Positions 26,517-38,990 of a stretch of 64,000 bases of DNA are shown in pieces. The translations under genes and the position numbers were made by a program. The notes under the pieces were generated by a model that saw nothing but the letters and a program-made list of their open reading frames with translations, did no database searches and was not told the DNA's origin. The stretch lies in the NCBI GenBank assembly GCA_951406725.2, contig OX597833.1, positions 43,648,001 through 43,712,000 on the forward strand, in the 5' to 3' direction. Every line of letters starts with the position of its first letter. Within the stretch, counting starts at the first letter, position 1. The stretch comes from Octopus vulgaris (taxonomy: Eukaryota).

Positions 26517-27421
26517 GGCTGTCAAAATAAGGTCTGGTATTTATACATTTAGGCAGATTTAATGGGGTGGTGGTGGGTGACGTTTTTTGGGAAAGTTGGT
26601 ATTTAGGAGATAAACAGGTCCCCCACCATTTTCTCCCAAATTTGTTTATTTTTGTAACTTTTTTTTTGCTAAAAATCCCCATTTTCAGATAAGGAGGTTC
26701 CAGAAAATTGCCAAAAATTGGCATTGTGAAATTTTTTTCCCCAACACTAACCCTAAAACCCTAAAATCCTAACCCTAAAACTGTAACCGTAAGTACAGAA
26801 ATGTCTTGAAATTTTTGTCCAAATCATGATGTCCGAATTTTTCCGCATATTTAGAAAAAAAAAAAAATTCTTAAAAAAAATTTTACAAAGATTTTCGGAA
26901 ATTGTTTTCAGAATCATAATATCCGTACATATTTTGAAAAAAAAATGTGAAAAAAGTTAAAAGTGAAGGAAATGGGCGAGGGGTAATTTAGAAATGTTGA
27001 TTTTTGCCAATTTTTTGCAGATTCGTATTCCCCGTCTGGGCTTGTGTTGAAAAAAAAAAAAAATTTAAGGGTGTTTTTTGGGGGGGTGAGGGACAGACGG
27101 AAGTCTTGCCTTTTATTTTATTTTATGTGTGTCATGCAAACAAATTTCATTGTTGCAAGTGAAACTTTTACTTTTAAACGCATTCTGTGTGGACCTGTGA
27201 CAATTGAATGAAAATACAATTTTGGTTTATCTTCAGTGTTGCTGCCATCGTTATAAAGCTGAATAATCTTCTAGACACGATAAATGTTTGTATTTGTATG
27301 ATTCTTCTGTGTTTGTATGATTACATTACATAATACTTATCATTTGCATATATTTTTGAGCGCTGTTCATGCAAATACCTACCTGCTCTGTGAAAAACAT
27401 ATCAGTGAGTGAAGAATACCT

Positions 27422-27822
27422 GTTTCTCTATATTTCTTTACTACCTAAACACAGAGAGGACAAACAAGGACAGACAAACAGATTAAGTCGATTACATCGA
27501 CCCCAGTGCGTAACTGGTACTTAATTTATCGACCCTGAAAGGATGAAAGGCAAAGTCGACCTCGGCGGATTTTGAACTCAGAACGTAACGGCAGACGAAA
27601 TACCTATTTCTTTACTACCCACAAGGGGCTAAACACAGAGGACAAACAGAGTAAGTCGATTACATCAACCCCAGTGCGTAACTGGTACTTAATGTATCGA
27701 CCCTGAAAAGATGAAAGGCAAAGACGACCTTGGCGGAATTTGAACTCAGAACGTAACGGCAGACGAAATACGGCTACGCATTTCGCCCGGCGTGCTAAAG
27801 ATTCTGCCAGCTCGCCGCCTTC
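27422..27822 (-). mobile_element. Dimeric SINE family B
   Basis: Two tandem cores, flanked by a 17-bp TSD gtgagtgaagaatacct. Confidence 0.88.
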
Positions 27823-28048
27823 TGTGAGTGAAGAATACCTTTTTCAACTGGGATTCTGTTTGTTCATTGTACAGGCATTCTTTAGATAACCATACACAAA
27901 AAGTGAAGGTATTTCTTCGGTAAATTCCGTAAATTTTTTTTTATTTCTTTCATTTGTATCACTAGTTCATGTATTTTTCGTGTATTTATTATGCGTTTAT
28001 GCGTGTATGTATACATATATGTATGTGTATATGTGCATATATATATAT

Positions 28049-28430
28049 GCGCAGGAGTGGCTGTGTGGTAAGTAGCTTATGGAATTTACCAACCACATGG
28101 TTCCGGGTTCAGTCCCACTGCGTGTCATCTTGGGCAAGTGTCTTCTGCTATAGCCTTGTGAGTGGATTTGGTAGACGGAAACTGAAAGAAGCCTGTCGTA
28201 TATATATATGTATGTGTGTGTTTGTGTGTCTGTGTTTGTCCCCCTAGCATTGCATGACAACCAATGCTGGTGTGTTTACGAACCCGTCACATGGCGGTTC
28301 GGCAAAAGTGGCCGATAGAATAAGTACTGGGATTACAAAGAATAAGTCTCGTGGTCGATTTGCTCGACTAAAGGCGGTGCTCTAGCATGGCCGCAGTTAA
28401 ATGACTGAAACAAGTAAAAGAGTAAAGAGT
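28049..28430 (+). mobile_element. SINE family A
   Basis: Match to the family. Confidence 0.9.
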
Positions 28431-29038
28431 AATATATTTGTTTATGTATATGTATACACACACAAACAAAGTATTTACATTCACGCACACATGTGCGCAC
28501 GCGCGCGCGCGAATACATAAACAAGCAATTCAGCTGAAAAAGAATTTAAGAAAACATTTTTTTACGTAAGGTGTTGAACAAATACTTCCATTTCTCGTGT
28601 ACAGTTATCGAAAGATTGCCTATTCTACGTATCTACGACTTTAAAGACGTTATGGTAGTATTTTAGGAAGACTTGACTACAAGTTTTTGCGAGTCAAGCG
28701 GCTGCCTTGAGGCTTCCTCGCTATCTTTCCTGAATTCCAAACGCACTCCACCTTATCAAATATGGCTCGTTAAAAGAAATCATTATATAGATCTAAATGA
28801 CTGATTTTCTAAGGAAAATTCTCATCGTGACAACATCCCGTTTCTCCCATTATATTATTATAAAAGATATTCATTATATGATAATTAGTTATTGACATTT
28901 GATGTGTGGTTCTTTGCCCTCTTTTACTTTTTCTTTTCACTAGTTTGCGTTAAGGGGGATAACTCTGAAAGAGTATTTTTCAGGAACGGACAGAATTAGT
29001 CGAATTCGTCATGATCTGCACAGAATTATAGAAAGACC

Positions 29039-29442
29039 GGATCTTTTCGGTTTGAACGGCAGATTTTAACATAATTTCTAGGTAACTAAAAAAATTTAAA
29101 CTTCGTATAAGGGTAGATGTGTTTATAAAACATCTTTTTCTCTTGGCTTTATTGAGAAAATTCCATAGTTTGTAAGATATTTGTTGTTTTTTTTCTTCAA
29201 TTTTTGCAATTTCAACCAATCACTGACGTCTATTGAGGTAAAAAAAAACATTCTGTGCCGTATGAATATGTCCCTCGTTTAAGAAACAAATTGGGTTTAT
29301 TTACATTTGTGAAGAAAAAAAGATACTCTTCCCCTAACCCTAAAACATTGAAATGCAATAGATCGATACTAGGGTCATAATTATGGGTGACAATTTCATA
29401 TGACACCGCTAGAAAAAACTGCCGTTCAAACCGAAAAGATCC
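29039..29442. mobile_element. GGATC-TIR MITE, copy 2
   Basis: Same element as 13622-14034. Degenerate TSD gaaagacc/gaaacatc. Confidence 0.88.
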
Positions 29443-30092
29443 GAAACATCATTACCCCTAATAACAACAACAGTAAAGACGTGACAGATCAAGGTAGAAC
29501 GGCAAATAATACTTTGCGAAAGGAAGAGAAGTTTAAGTGGGAAGAAAGAGAAAGATTATTGCTGTTATCGCTGTTGTTGTTTTGGAGCAGTCTGAGAAAA
29601 TGAAGACATGAAATATGCAATTTACACGAGAAAGAAGAGAGAAAGAGTGCGTATGTCTATGTATCTGTGTGCGTATGTATAAAAGCAGAAAAAGAAAAAA
29701 GCAATACGTCCTCTTATTTTGTTATCGTTATTTTTAATGTTCGATTGTTAATGCTGAACTTTTAATATTCGATTTGACATATATATATATTCGATTACAG
29801 GTTGTGTTAACCACATGAAGGGATGGTGTCATCCAAGGAAATACTGGTTCAATATAAATATATATCTGTGTGTGTGTGTGTGTGTGTGTGTGTACCGTTG
29901 GCGATTTTTTTCCTCTGTCTTCCCTTCTCTGGATCTTTCCTTCTCCTATGTTTCCGACGAAGAGCTGCGCTTTCCTGAGCGTCCAATAATACTATATTTG
30001 TTCCACGTCCTCGCGTTGTTGTGCTTATATATATATATGTATTTTTGGCGAATTAATTTCCTTAAAATAATAGGTATATTTATAAAAACATA

Positions 30093-30355
30093 TCATCATC
30101 ATCATTGTTTGACTGTGGTCAAGACAATGGAATTTACTATGCTACGCCAGACTTCACGGTCCATCATGGCATTGCGGAGGTCCTGTTGCTGGATGCCTGT
30201 ATTCCTGGAGATTACATCAGGGTAGGAGAGTGTGCGCCCTCTGGTACTGCGAGTAGATGGCTTCCAGAGGAGAAGAGTAGAAATTATCTCTTTTTCAGCT
30301 CTACAACAATGTCCAGCAAACTGGACTCTCCTACCTTTCACAATATAGTTTATAT
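30093..30355 (-). mobile_element. RTE-type LINE 3' fragment with (TGA)n tail
   Basis: RRVQFAGHCCR...LLLWKP...RGR...AMMDREVWR. Confidence 0.75.
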
Positions 30356-30460
30356 TCATTTACAGAAGAAAAAGAAAATGGAGATCGGGAAGTTAATAAC
30401 TGTTTATTATTAACAGCAGTTTAATCATCATCCCTAACAGCTGGTTCAATTAATATTCAG

Positions 30461-30876
30461 GGATTTTTTCGGTTTGAACGGCACTTTTTTAAAATAATCT
30501 CCACGTAACTAAACATTTTAAAACTTCGTATACTGGTAGAATGTGTTTATAAAACATCTTTTTCTCTTGGCTTTATTGAGAAAATTCTATCGTTTGTAAG
30601 ATATTTGTTGTTTTTCTTCAATTTCTGCAATTTCAACCAATCAATGACGTCCAATGAGGTAAAAAAAACATTCTGTGCCGTATGAATATGACCCTCGTTT
30701 AAGAAACAGATTGGGTTTATTTACATTTGTGAAGAAAAAAAGATACCCTTCCCCTAACTCTAACTCTAACCCTAAAACAGATTGAAATGCAATAGATCGA
30801 TACTAGGGTCATAATTATGGGTGACAATTTCATATGACACCGCTAGAAAAAACTGCTGTTCAAACGGAAAAGATCC
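30461..30876. mobile_element. GGATC-TIR MITE, copy 3
   Basis: Same family. TSD atattcag/atgttcag. Confidence 0.88.
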
Positions 30877-31164
30877 ATGTTCAGTAGTAAATATTAAGTA
30901 AATGTTAAATTTATATGACCTGAGCATAATATCTTCAGAGGGAAAAGAATATATCCTTGAAAGCTTTATATGTGTTTATTGATTCCATATAGCAGATTGA
31001 ATGATAGAGTTTATAATGAATTTAATATTTACTTCATATTTTCTGAGTATTAATTGAAACACCTGTAAGGGATGATGATTGATTTGGTGTTAATAATAAA
31101 CAATTAACTTCTTAATCTCCAATTATTTTTTCATTTGATATACATACATGCATGATGATGATAA

Positions 31165-31229
<65 letters not shown>

Positions 31230-31398
31230 TAAATATATATAAATATATATATATATATATACATACACACACACAAATATTAAATAAAATAGAGAAATAC
31301 AACTGACAAACTAAATTTATTTACATTATAATATAACATGCTATGAAAAGATGCAATATAATATAACATAATAAATCTTTAAAAAAGGAATATAAAGC

Positions 31399-31446
<48 letters not shown>

Positions 31447-32159
31447 CAGTGTACATTTAAACACATAAGAGATGGCCATAACAGGACATCTGACTTGCTA
31501 GAAAGAGTAGTTAAACTACAAACCACTAATAGTTGTAATTCTGAAAGGGAATGAAAAATAAAAACATTAACTCTATTTTTTGCTATTCTAAATTTCTTTT
31601 CTAAATTATTTTTTGCTGCCCTAAGATTTATTAATTAATGATAAAAGGTATATATATATATATATAAATATATATATGTAAATATGTATGCATGTATTTA
31701 TCTTTTTTTCTCTTTTCTCACAGAAACACTCTACATATGAGTGAGTGTGTGTGTGTGAGAGAGAGAGTGAGTGTGTGTGTGTGAGAGAGAGAGATAGAGT
31801 GAGAGAGAGAGAGATGGGGATAACTAATGAAAAGCTGTATACAGAAAAGAAAGTTATTTTATTCAATACAGGTAGAAATATAGAAAAAAGTTGAAAATGC
31901 ATTGGGATTCGCTTGCTGAGTGTGTGTGTGTATGTTTGTGTATATATATATATATATATTGTTATATTTCGGAATGCTCATTTTGCCAGTTTAGCCAATA
32001 AAAACACACGCACTATATGTTTGGTGTTATTTTGCTTCAGTGTTATTTATTTTTTACATTAATCTTAATCTTATTTGGGCTAGAGTTCTTTCGTCACACT
32101 CCTGTGACTGCATCAGTGGTCCTTTGTTTCAACACATGACTTCACATAAAAAATCTTGC

Positions 32160-32202
<43 letters not shown>

Positions 32203-32395
32203 GCGGTGCCACAGCACTGAGTTGAATCTAGATGAAAAAAAAATTATATATATATATATATATAAACACAAATATTAAATAAAATAGAGAAATACAACTG
32301 ACAAACTAAAAATTTATTTACATTATAATATAACATGGTATGAAAAGATACAATATAATATAACATAATAAATCTTTAAAAAAGGAATATAAAGC

Positions 32396-32452
<57 letters not shown>

Positions 32453-32598
32453 AAATAGAAAGATGAATTTTCTTGTTACAGATTATTCAAAAGTTTAACC
32501 GATACCTGGGTAGCAAAAATCACAGCAGAAAACACACGGTTGGAGATAAGACCATTTGGTGTTGCAACCGTGCATTGGTGCGGATAATTGAAGTTTAA

Positions 32599-32933
32599 TA
32601 TTATTATTGAATGGAAGAAATGGAGTTGAACGAAGATTGTACACAATTCCTTTTATTACATTCAACACATGTTTCAAAGGCCACAAATTTCCAAATTCTG
32701 ATTAAATAAGGGTACCATATTGTGGCTTTCTCATTAAAGAGCCTCCTCGTCTGAATTGCTGCGCCTCTGCTCTGTTCTGTCAACGGAATTCCTGTTTTTT
32801 CCTGATGAGAAAGCCACAATATGGTACCCTTATTTAATCAGAATTTGGAAATTTGTGGCCTTTGAAACATGTGTAGAATGTAATAAAAGGAACTCTGTAC
32901 AATCTTCGTTCAACTCCATTTTTTCCATTCAAT

Positions 32934-32940
<7 letters not shown>
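32599..32940. mobile_element. Penelope-like inverted repeat (135-bp arms)
   Basis: 32599-32733 is the reverse complement of 32805-32940. Embedded in (TA)n and carries a hammerhead motif. Confidence 0.75.
32799..32878 (+). ncRNA. Minimal type I hammerhead motif with extended stem II
   Basis: ttc CTGATGA g aaagccacaa...ttgtggccttt GAAAC ATGT GTA gaa. Palindromic stem-III loop. Confidence 0.55.
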
Positions 32941-33000
<60 letters not shown>

Positions 33001-33195
33001 TATATAAATACAGTGTACATTTAAACACATAAGGGATGGCCATAACAGGACATCTGACTCACTAGAAAGAGTAGTTAAACTACAAACCATTAATAGTTGT
33101 AATTCTGAAAGGGAATGAAAAATAAAAACATTTACCCTATTTTTTGCTATTCTAAATTTTTTTTTTGCTACCCTAAGATTTATTAATTAATGATA

Positions 33196-33255
<60 letters not shown>

Positions 33256-33540
33256 GCATGTATTTATCTTTTTTCTCTTTTCTCACAGAAACACTCATAC
33301 ATATGAGTGAGTGAGAGAGAGAGAGAGAGGGAGAGAGAGAGAGAGGTGGGGATAACTAATTAAAGGCTGTATACAGAAAACAGTTATTTTATTCCATACG
33401 GGTAGAAATATAGAAAAAAGTTGAAAATGCATTGGGATTCCCTTGGTGAGTGCGTACACACACACACATATATGTATACGCCATGATAGATCGTTAGCTC
33501 CTACACGCATTTTTCTCTCTCCTTGTTTTTTTCTGTGTGT

Positions 33541-33576
33541 CTTTCTGTCGAAGAGCGTAGGCTCAAAACGTAAAAG
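33541..33576 (+). ncRNA. Mutated minimal hammerhead motif (Penelope-like)
   Basis: cttt CTGTCGA a gagc gtag gctc AAAAC GTA aaag. Two core substitutions, so probably inactive. Confidence 0.45.
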
Positions 33577-33672
33577 ACTTTTTCTATTTCTATTCCTGAG
33601 CGCTATACTAATACATTTGTTTGTTTGTACTCCACCTGCCTTCGTCTTTTGTTTATTTTCGTAAACTTTCCC

Positions 33673-33710
<38 letters not shown>

Positions 33711-34699
33711 AATGTAAAAAATACAAACTGGGACAAGAACGTGAAACATTTAGAAGACGATACAAAATACACGGACGGGACATTCGAAGCCTTCAATCTT
33801 CAGTCAAGAACCGGATCATCTTCGCAATTGCGGCTGATTAATCTTGAGATTGCTCCGATCTGGCCATAGAAAAGGTTTTTGAGATCTGACGATATGCCAT
33901 AAAGCTAAACCCTTTATGGATGGGAATCCTAAAGTAATCCCATAATCTGGCCATTACCATTTTTAATATGTATGTACCTTTCGCTCTGAGATAATTTTGC
34001 CGAACCCTTACGTTATGGGGATGTAAAGGAGCCATCAGCACTGCTTCCAAGTGGTGGTGGAGGATGAACACAAACAGACAGACAAACACACGGAGTTGCT
34101 TGATGTGGGATGGGGCTGAGGATTAAAAATTTAAATTACAAATTTTTTCTTGTCTTTGCATAAATCCTAGCCATGGACCACCCTTGGGCTAAACAAAATC
34201 TGTGTATTACTGCCACATCATCATTCCATAAAATTCTCATGGGAAGAAAAATATTGAAAAACATCAATACATTGTTGGTGTGACAAGGAACAAAGAAGGT
34301 GCCAGGCGGTTGTGGGATGTGCTAGAAACCACAGTTAAATCGTTTTGAAATCTCACATTCTTTCGTTTGAAAATATTTTCCTATTTTTTCATTTTTCTGT
34401 TTTTCCCCGAAAAAGCTTCTTCCATCAGACTTAAGTGTGTTGTGCCAAATAATAATAAATAAATATATAAAAGGCTTAAGTCGATCTGAAGTGGGGGGGG
34501 GGGGGTTGAAGAAAAATCATAAACTTTCAAAGTTTTTTTTTTCCTACTAAGCTTCGTCTTTTATTTGGAAGACCGTGGTGGAGGGAAAAAAGTGGGGGAG
34601 AAATTCTAGTCAAAACGGAGAAATTCACTTATGTGGGTGTCCGACCCAAAACACTGTCGCGAAATGACATATTATTAATACCATACATTATTATAATAT

Positions 34700-34920
34700 G
34701 TTTCTTTATTACCCACAAGGGGCTAAACATAGAGGGGACAAACAAGGACAGACAAACGGATTAAGTCGACTTCATCGACCCCAGTGCGTAACTGGTACTT
34801 AATTTATCGACCCCGAGAGGATGAAAGGCAAAGTCGACCTCGGCGGAATTTGAACTCAGAACGTAGCGACGGACTAAAAACCACGAAGCACTTCGCCCGG
34901 CGTGCTAACGTCTCTGCCAT
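34700..34920 (-). mobile_element. SINE family B
   Basis: Match to the family. Confidence 0.88.
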
Positions 34921-35021
34921 TATTTTCATAAAAACTGCAGTACATTTAAAACTTTTCTTAAAATTCAAATTACAATGAATAATTCATTTGATTATTTACC
35001 CCCAGTGGTGATTTACAAGTA

Positions 35022-35950
35022 GGAAATTGATCTTTGTGTACACAATATGGTATTTAAAAAAAGTAAAATTAAAATGTAAAGTATACTAGCCATCTCAATA
35101 TGGCTAACCACTCAGGGTGGGTGTTACTGTAGCTTTTAGCCCCAGGAGATCATCGTCTCCAGCCCCAGGTGTGCCTAAAGCCAGCTGGAAACGATGATCT
35201 CCTGGGGCTAAAAGCTACAGTAACACCCACCCTGAGTGGTTAGCCATTTTGAGATGGCTAGTAAACTTTACGTTTACATCTCGTTCAGAGATTTATTATT
35301 AAAATTATAATGGTTTTCTGCCAATAAATTTGTAAAAATATTCAGTGACCGAGATATATGTGTTATATGCCTTGTATGATATATGTTATATGTATTGTAA
35401 GTACAGTGATGTGATTTTATTTCTGAAACACACGATATAACTGACACATTTTAAGTAGCTCTTAAAAACCGCCATTTTACTGACCGTTAAACTTTCTAGA
35501 TTAAATTAAAAAATAACAACGTTCTGAAAATAATTTAGTAACATTAGAGTTATGTCCCTTGTCTTTACCTCATTATTACTGTTTACTTTTTGAAAATTTT
35601 CCGTAGCTGATAGATTCCTAAATTTATTTAAAATGTAAGAAATAATATCGTGTTTTAAAATAGCAGTCCTTAAAAATCCGTGATTCTGCCTTCGTTTCCA
35701 TATATTTTTGTAGTTTTTCCTGAGTTTTAAAATTAAGTGGTCATTAGATTAAATAGAGATCATTTAGCACTTTCGTAAACATATTTGAAATATACATCAT
35801 GTGTTTCAATTAATTTTAGAATAACTAAAATAACATTGTCATTATTAAGCTGGAGGGTTAATATATAGTTTAATTCTGGTCACAAAAAAAAAAAAAACAG
35901 TCTTATCGGTGTAAGAAAATGTGTTGAAAACGAATATGAGAACAAAAATT
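35022..35950. repeat. Duplicated block (paralog 59370-60293)
   Basis: Near-identical ~0.93 kb. Confidence 0.95.
35076..35271. repeat. Long hairpin, ~88-bp arms (paralog 59424-59619)
   Basis: gtaaagtatactagccatctc...ctccagc / gctggaaacg...gagatggctagtaaactttac. Confidence 0.92.
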
Positions 35951-35994
35951 GGTAAAATTACAGATTATCACCCCCACGATTTTCACTAAAAAAA

Positions 35995-36390
35995 AAAACA
36001 AAAAAAAACTCGGATTTTTTGCGTGGAATCAAATACCCTGACCTCCTAATATGCTGCAAATCCCATATTTTGGTCCGGAATTCCTCCGGAAAGGGGGGGG
36101 GGTACTACCCCCCCCCGGAATTTTCACAAGGAAAAAAAAAAAAATCAGATTTCTAGCGTGGAATCAAGTACCCTGACCTCCTAATATGCTGCAAATCCCA
36201 TATTTTGGTCCGGAAAGGGGGGTAACACCCCCCCCCTTGGAATTTTCACAAGAAAAATAAAAAAATCAGATTTTTTGCGTGGAATCAAGTACCCTGACCT
36301 CCTAATATGCTGCAAATCCCATATTTTGGTCCGGAATTGCTCCGGAAAGGGGGGTAACCCCCTCCCCCGGAATTTTCACAAGGAAAAAAA
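35995..36390. repeat. Three tandem ~120-135-bp units with G-run/C-run mini-hairpins
   Basis: Unit gcgtggaatcaagtaccctgacctcctaatatgctgcaaatccc...ggaattttcacaag repeated three times. Confidence 0.9.
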
Positions 36391-36779
36391 AATAACATAT
36401 CAATAATTTAGAAAAGAAACATTTCTAGAAAATAGTAAATTGAAGTGTCAACAAATTATTGGGCAAAATTGAAGTGTGAACAAATCATTGGGCAAAAGAA
36501 GATTTGGCATACTGTCATGCTTTTTAGCTGTCAGAAGTGAAAGTCGTCAACTTCGTGTATTTGCGTCAGGTTCGCTGTTAGGCTTATAAAACAATAGAAG
36601 TTCAGTTTAAAGTTTATAAATAAATACATTTCATTCCATGTTCTGTTTAAACTTTATAAATAAATATATTCTTGCAGTGTGTGTATATGTGGCTATATGT
36701 CTGACTAATGTGTGTGTCTGTATTTATTGTATGTGTGTATAAGTAGTTATATGCTTATATTATCCATTATAGTAATATT

Positions 36780-37145
36780 TGTCTGTTGTATTACTCTTGA
36801 ATACTGTCCTGATGTCATATGGGCTGCACCTCTCTTGTATCTTTTCAGAGAGGCCTTTCACATAGGGTAGACTGTAGACAGTTTATTGGTTCCATTGCAT
36901 TGTTGCCTTTATTGAACTCATAAAGCAAAAAATGCCAAATATGCTCCTTTGTCATTTCCATTATAGTTTTGAACAAATAACTTAAAATCGAACTGCACTC
37001 TTCAAAATTTGTCCTAAGAATAAGGACAAAGTAAAATTACTACCTGCTTTTATAGCAAGTTGATGCAGGTAGTTTATTCCGTCCCCCTCTGACTTTTAGT
37101 TCATGCAATTGAAAAAACAGCATTACTTATGGGATGACCCAATAT
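36780..37145 (-). mobile_element. Mariner 5' fragment
   Basis: TA-flanked TIR tattgggtcatccc. Peptide MEMTKEHIWHFLLYEFNKGNNA resembles a mariner N-terminal HTH. Confidence 0.65.
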
Positions 37146-37229
37146 ATAGTTCATAAATGAGAATCAAATATTCTCCCTATAAATTTCACTTAGTAGTGCC
37201 CAAGGTTTAAACTTGAGTAGGTATAGGAA

Positions 37230-37790
37230 TAAATGAAAGAATAAGCAAGTTAGGCAGGTTGATATGCAAAGTATATTGAATACATGAAATACAAAAAATG
37301 TATATGTTTACATACAAAAAGGCCCGGCTTACACAGAATGGAAATGATATCAAGAATTAAAAGGGTTGAAGAAAGATATTACAAATTCTACAGCTGTTTC
37401 TGGGGGCTCAGTAGTCCAAAGAAATGTTTGTAAATTGATTCCATCATTGATGAAATGAGCCTCTGTCTTCAGAGAGGAGATCTTGATAGATTCCATCTTT
37501 GAACTTCATTCTGTCAACACCACAAATCTAAGATCTTTTCCTTGAAGACAGAGGCTCATCTCATCTGACGATGAAATTGATTTACAAGCGTCATCTGGAA
37601 CAACCAAGCCCCCAGAAACAGCTATTGGACTTTATAATATTTTTCCTCAACACCTTTAATTCTTGGTATCATTTGTATTCTGTATAAGTTGGACATTTTT
37701 GTATATAAACATATACATTGTTTTATATTTCATGAATTTAATATACTTTGTATATAAAGCTGCCTAACTTGCTTATCCTTACATTTACTT
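37230..37790. mobile_element. Old Penelope-like inverted repeat (~260-bp arms) with hammerhead motifs
   Basis: 37230-37490 pairs with 37528-37790. Minus strand 37385-37476 reads CTGAAGA cagaggctca...tgagccccca GAAAC AGCT GTA. Confidence 0.65.
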
Positions 37791-37814
37791 ATATATATAC
37801 ACACACACATACAT

Positions 37815-38150
37815 ACACAAGGGGGTACTCAAAAGAAAAACAGAATTTTGCAAATATTGTTTTATTCAGTTACATGTTTACGCTTTTATCGCTTTCAAAG
37901 TATTCTCCATTTGAAGCAATGTAACGGTCCAGACACATTTTCCACTGTTCAAAGCAGTCCTGGAACTCTTGCAAAGTGATGCTTTTTAACATCTCCGTCA
38001 TTTTTTTTTTATCTCTTCCACATCTACAAATTCCATAACACTAAATTTCGTCACCAGTGATGATCTTTGGAAAAGGGTCTGGATCAACTTCCAGCTGTTC
38101 TTTCGGTTCACAACACACATTCAGTCATGACTCCTTTTGATGTGCGTCAC
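37815..38150 (-). mobile_element. Mariner-like remnant (TIR plus internally deleted coding pieces)
   Basis: TIR acaagggggtactcaaaag. Minus strand FQDCFEQWKMCLDRYIASNGEYFE. Confidence 0.65.
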
Positions 38151-38174
38151 ATTAATTTAAAGATTGTATATAAA

Positions 38175-38990
38175 CAGGGCTTGGACAAAATAATAGAAAC
38201 ACCTAGCATCATAGCATCATAATTTTGAAATATCTATAAAACCGTCAAAAGCTTGTTCATTTTTATATTTTTTTGATTTATAATTAGTACTGCTTAATAT
38301 GGTTTGCTAAAATTGCTATTTCTTGTCAGATATCATCAAAAAAAGGTAATTAAAATTCATTAAAGTGACAGATCTATCAAACTTACACAGAGGTCAAACT
38401 GTTGGTGCTCATATGGCAGGTGCTAGCACAATGAAAACAGCCAAAATGTTTGGTGTATCAAGAAATACTGTCTCGAAAGTAATGACCGCCTTTGAGAATG
38501 AGGGAAAAACCTCCTCGTCGAAACAAACATTGCAAAGCGTTTAGAGTGGAGTAAAAACCTACAGAATTGGTCCCTAGAGCAGTGGAAGAGTGTTCTTTTC
38601 TTGGACGAGTCATCCTTTACCTTATTTCCAACCACTGGCTGAGTATATGTGCGGAGAAAGCCAAAAGAAGCATTTGTCCCAGACTGCCTTCTTCCAACTG
38701 TAAAAAATGGAAGAGGATCTGTGATGATCTGGGGGACTATATCTTGGAAATCTGTCAGCCCAATGCTTTCCCTGCATGACAGAATTAATAGTCAAGACTA
38801 TTTAAGCATTTTATCTGATCAAATTCATCTTATGGATACGGGATTGTTCCTGGAAGGAAACACAATCTCTCAGGATGATAATGCTCCAATTCACACAGCT
38901 AAAGTTGTTACTGAAAGGCACAAGGAACATTCTAGTAAAGCTGAACATCTTATCTGGCCACCACAGTCCCCAGAGAGCTGTTGCAAAATG
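38175..38990 (+). mobile_element. Degenerate Tc1-like transposon, 3' truncated
   Basis: CAG TIR start. DESSF, SVMIWG, QDDNAPIH and WPPQSP motifs. Confidence 0.88.

Larger units (their letters stand above)
31265..33450. repeat. Local direct duplication (31265-31918 vs 32265-33450), second copy split by an insert in its (TA)n
   Basis: Colinear unique sequence on both sides of the (TA)n tract. Confidence 0.88.

Noticed and set aside
35995-36390. CRISPR-like repeat array
   Set aside because: Eukaryotic context and whole-unit tandem repeats without unique spacers.
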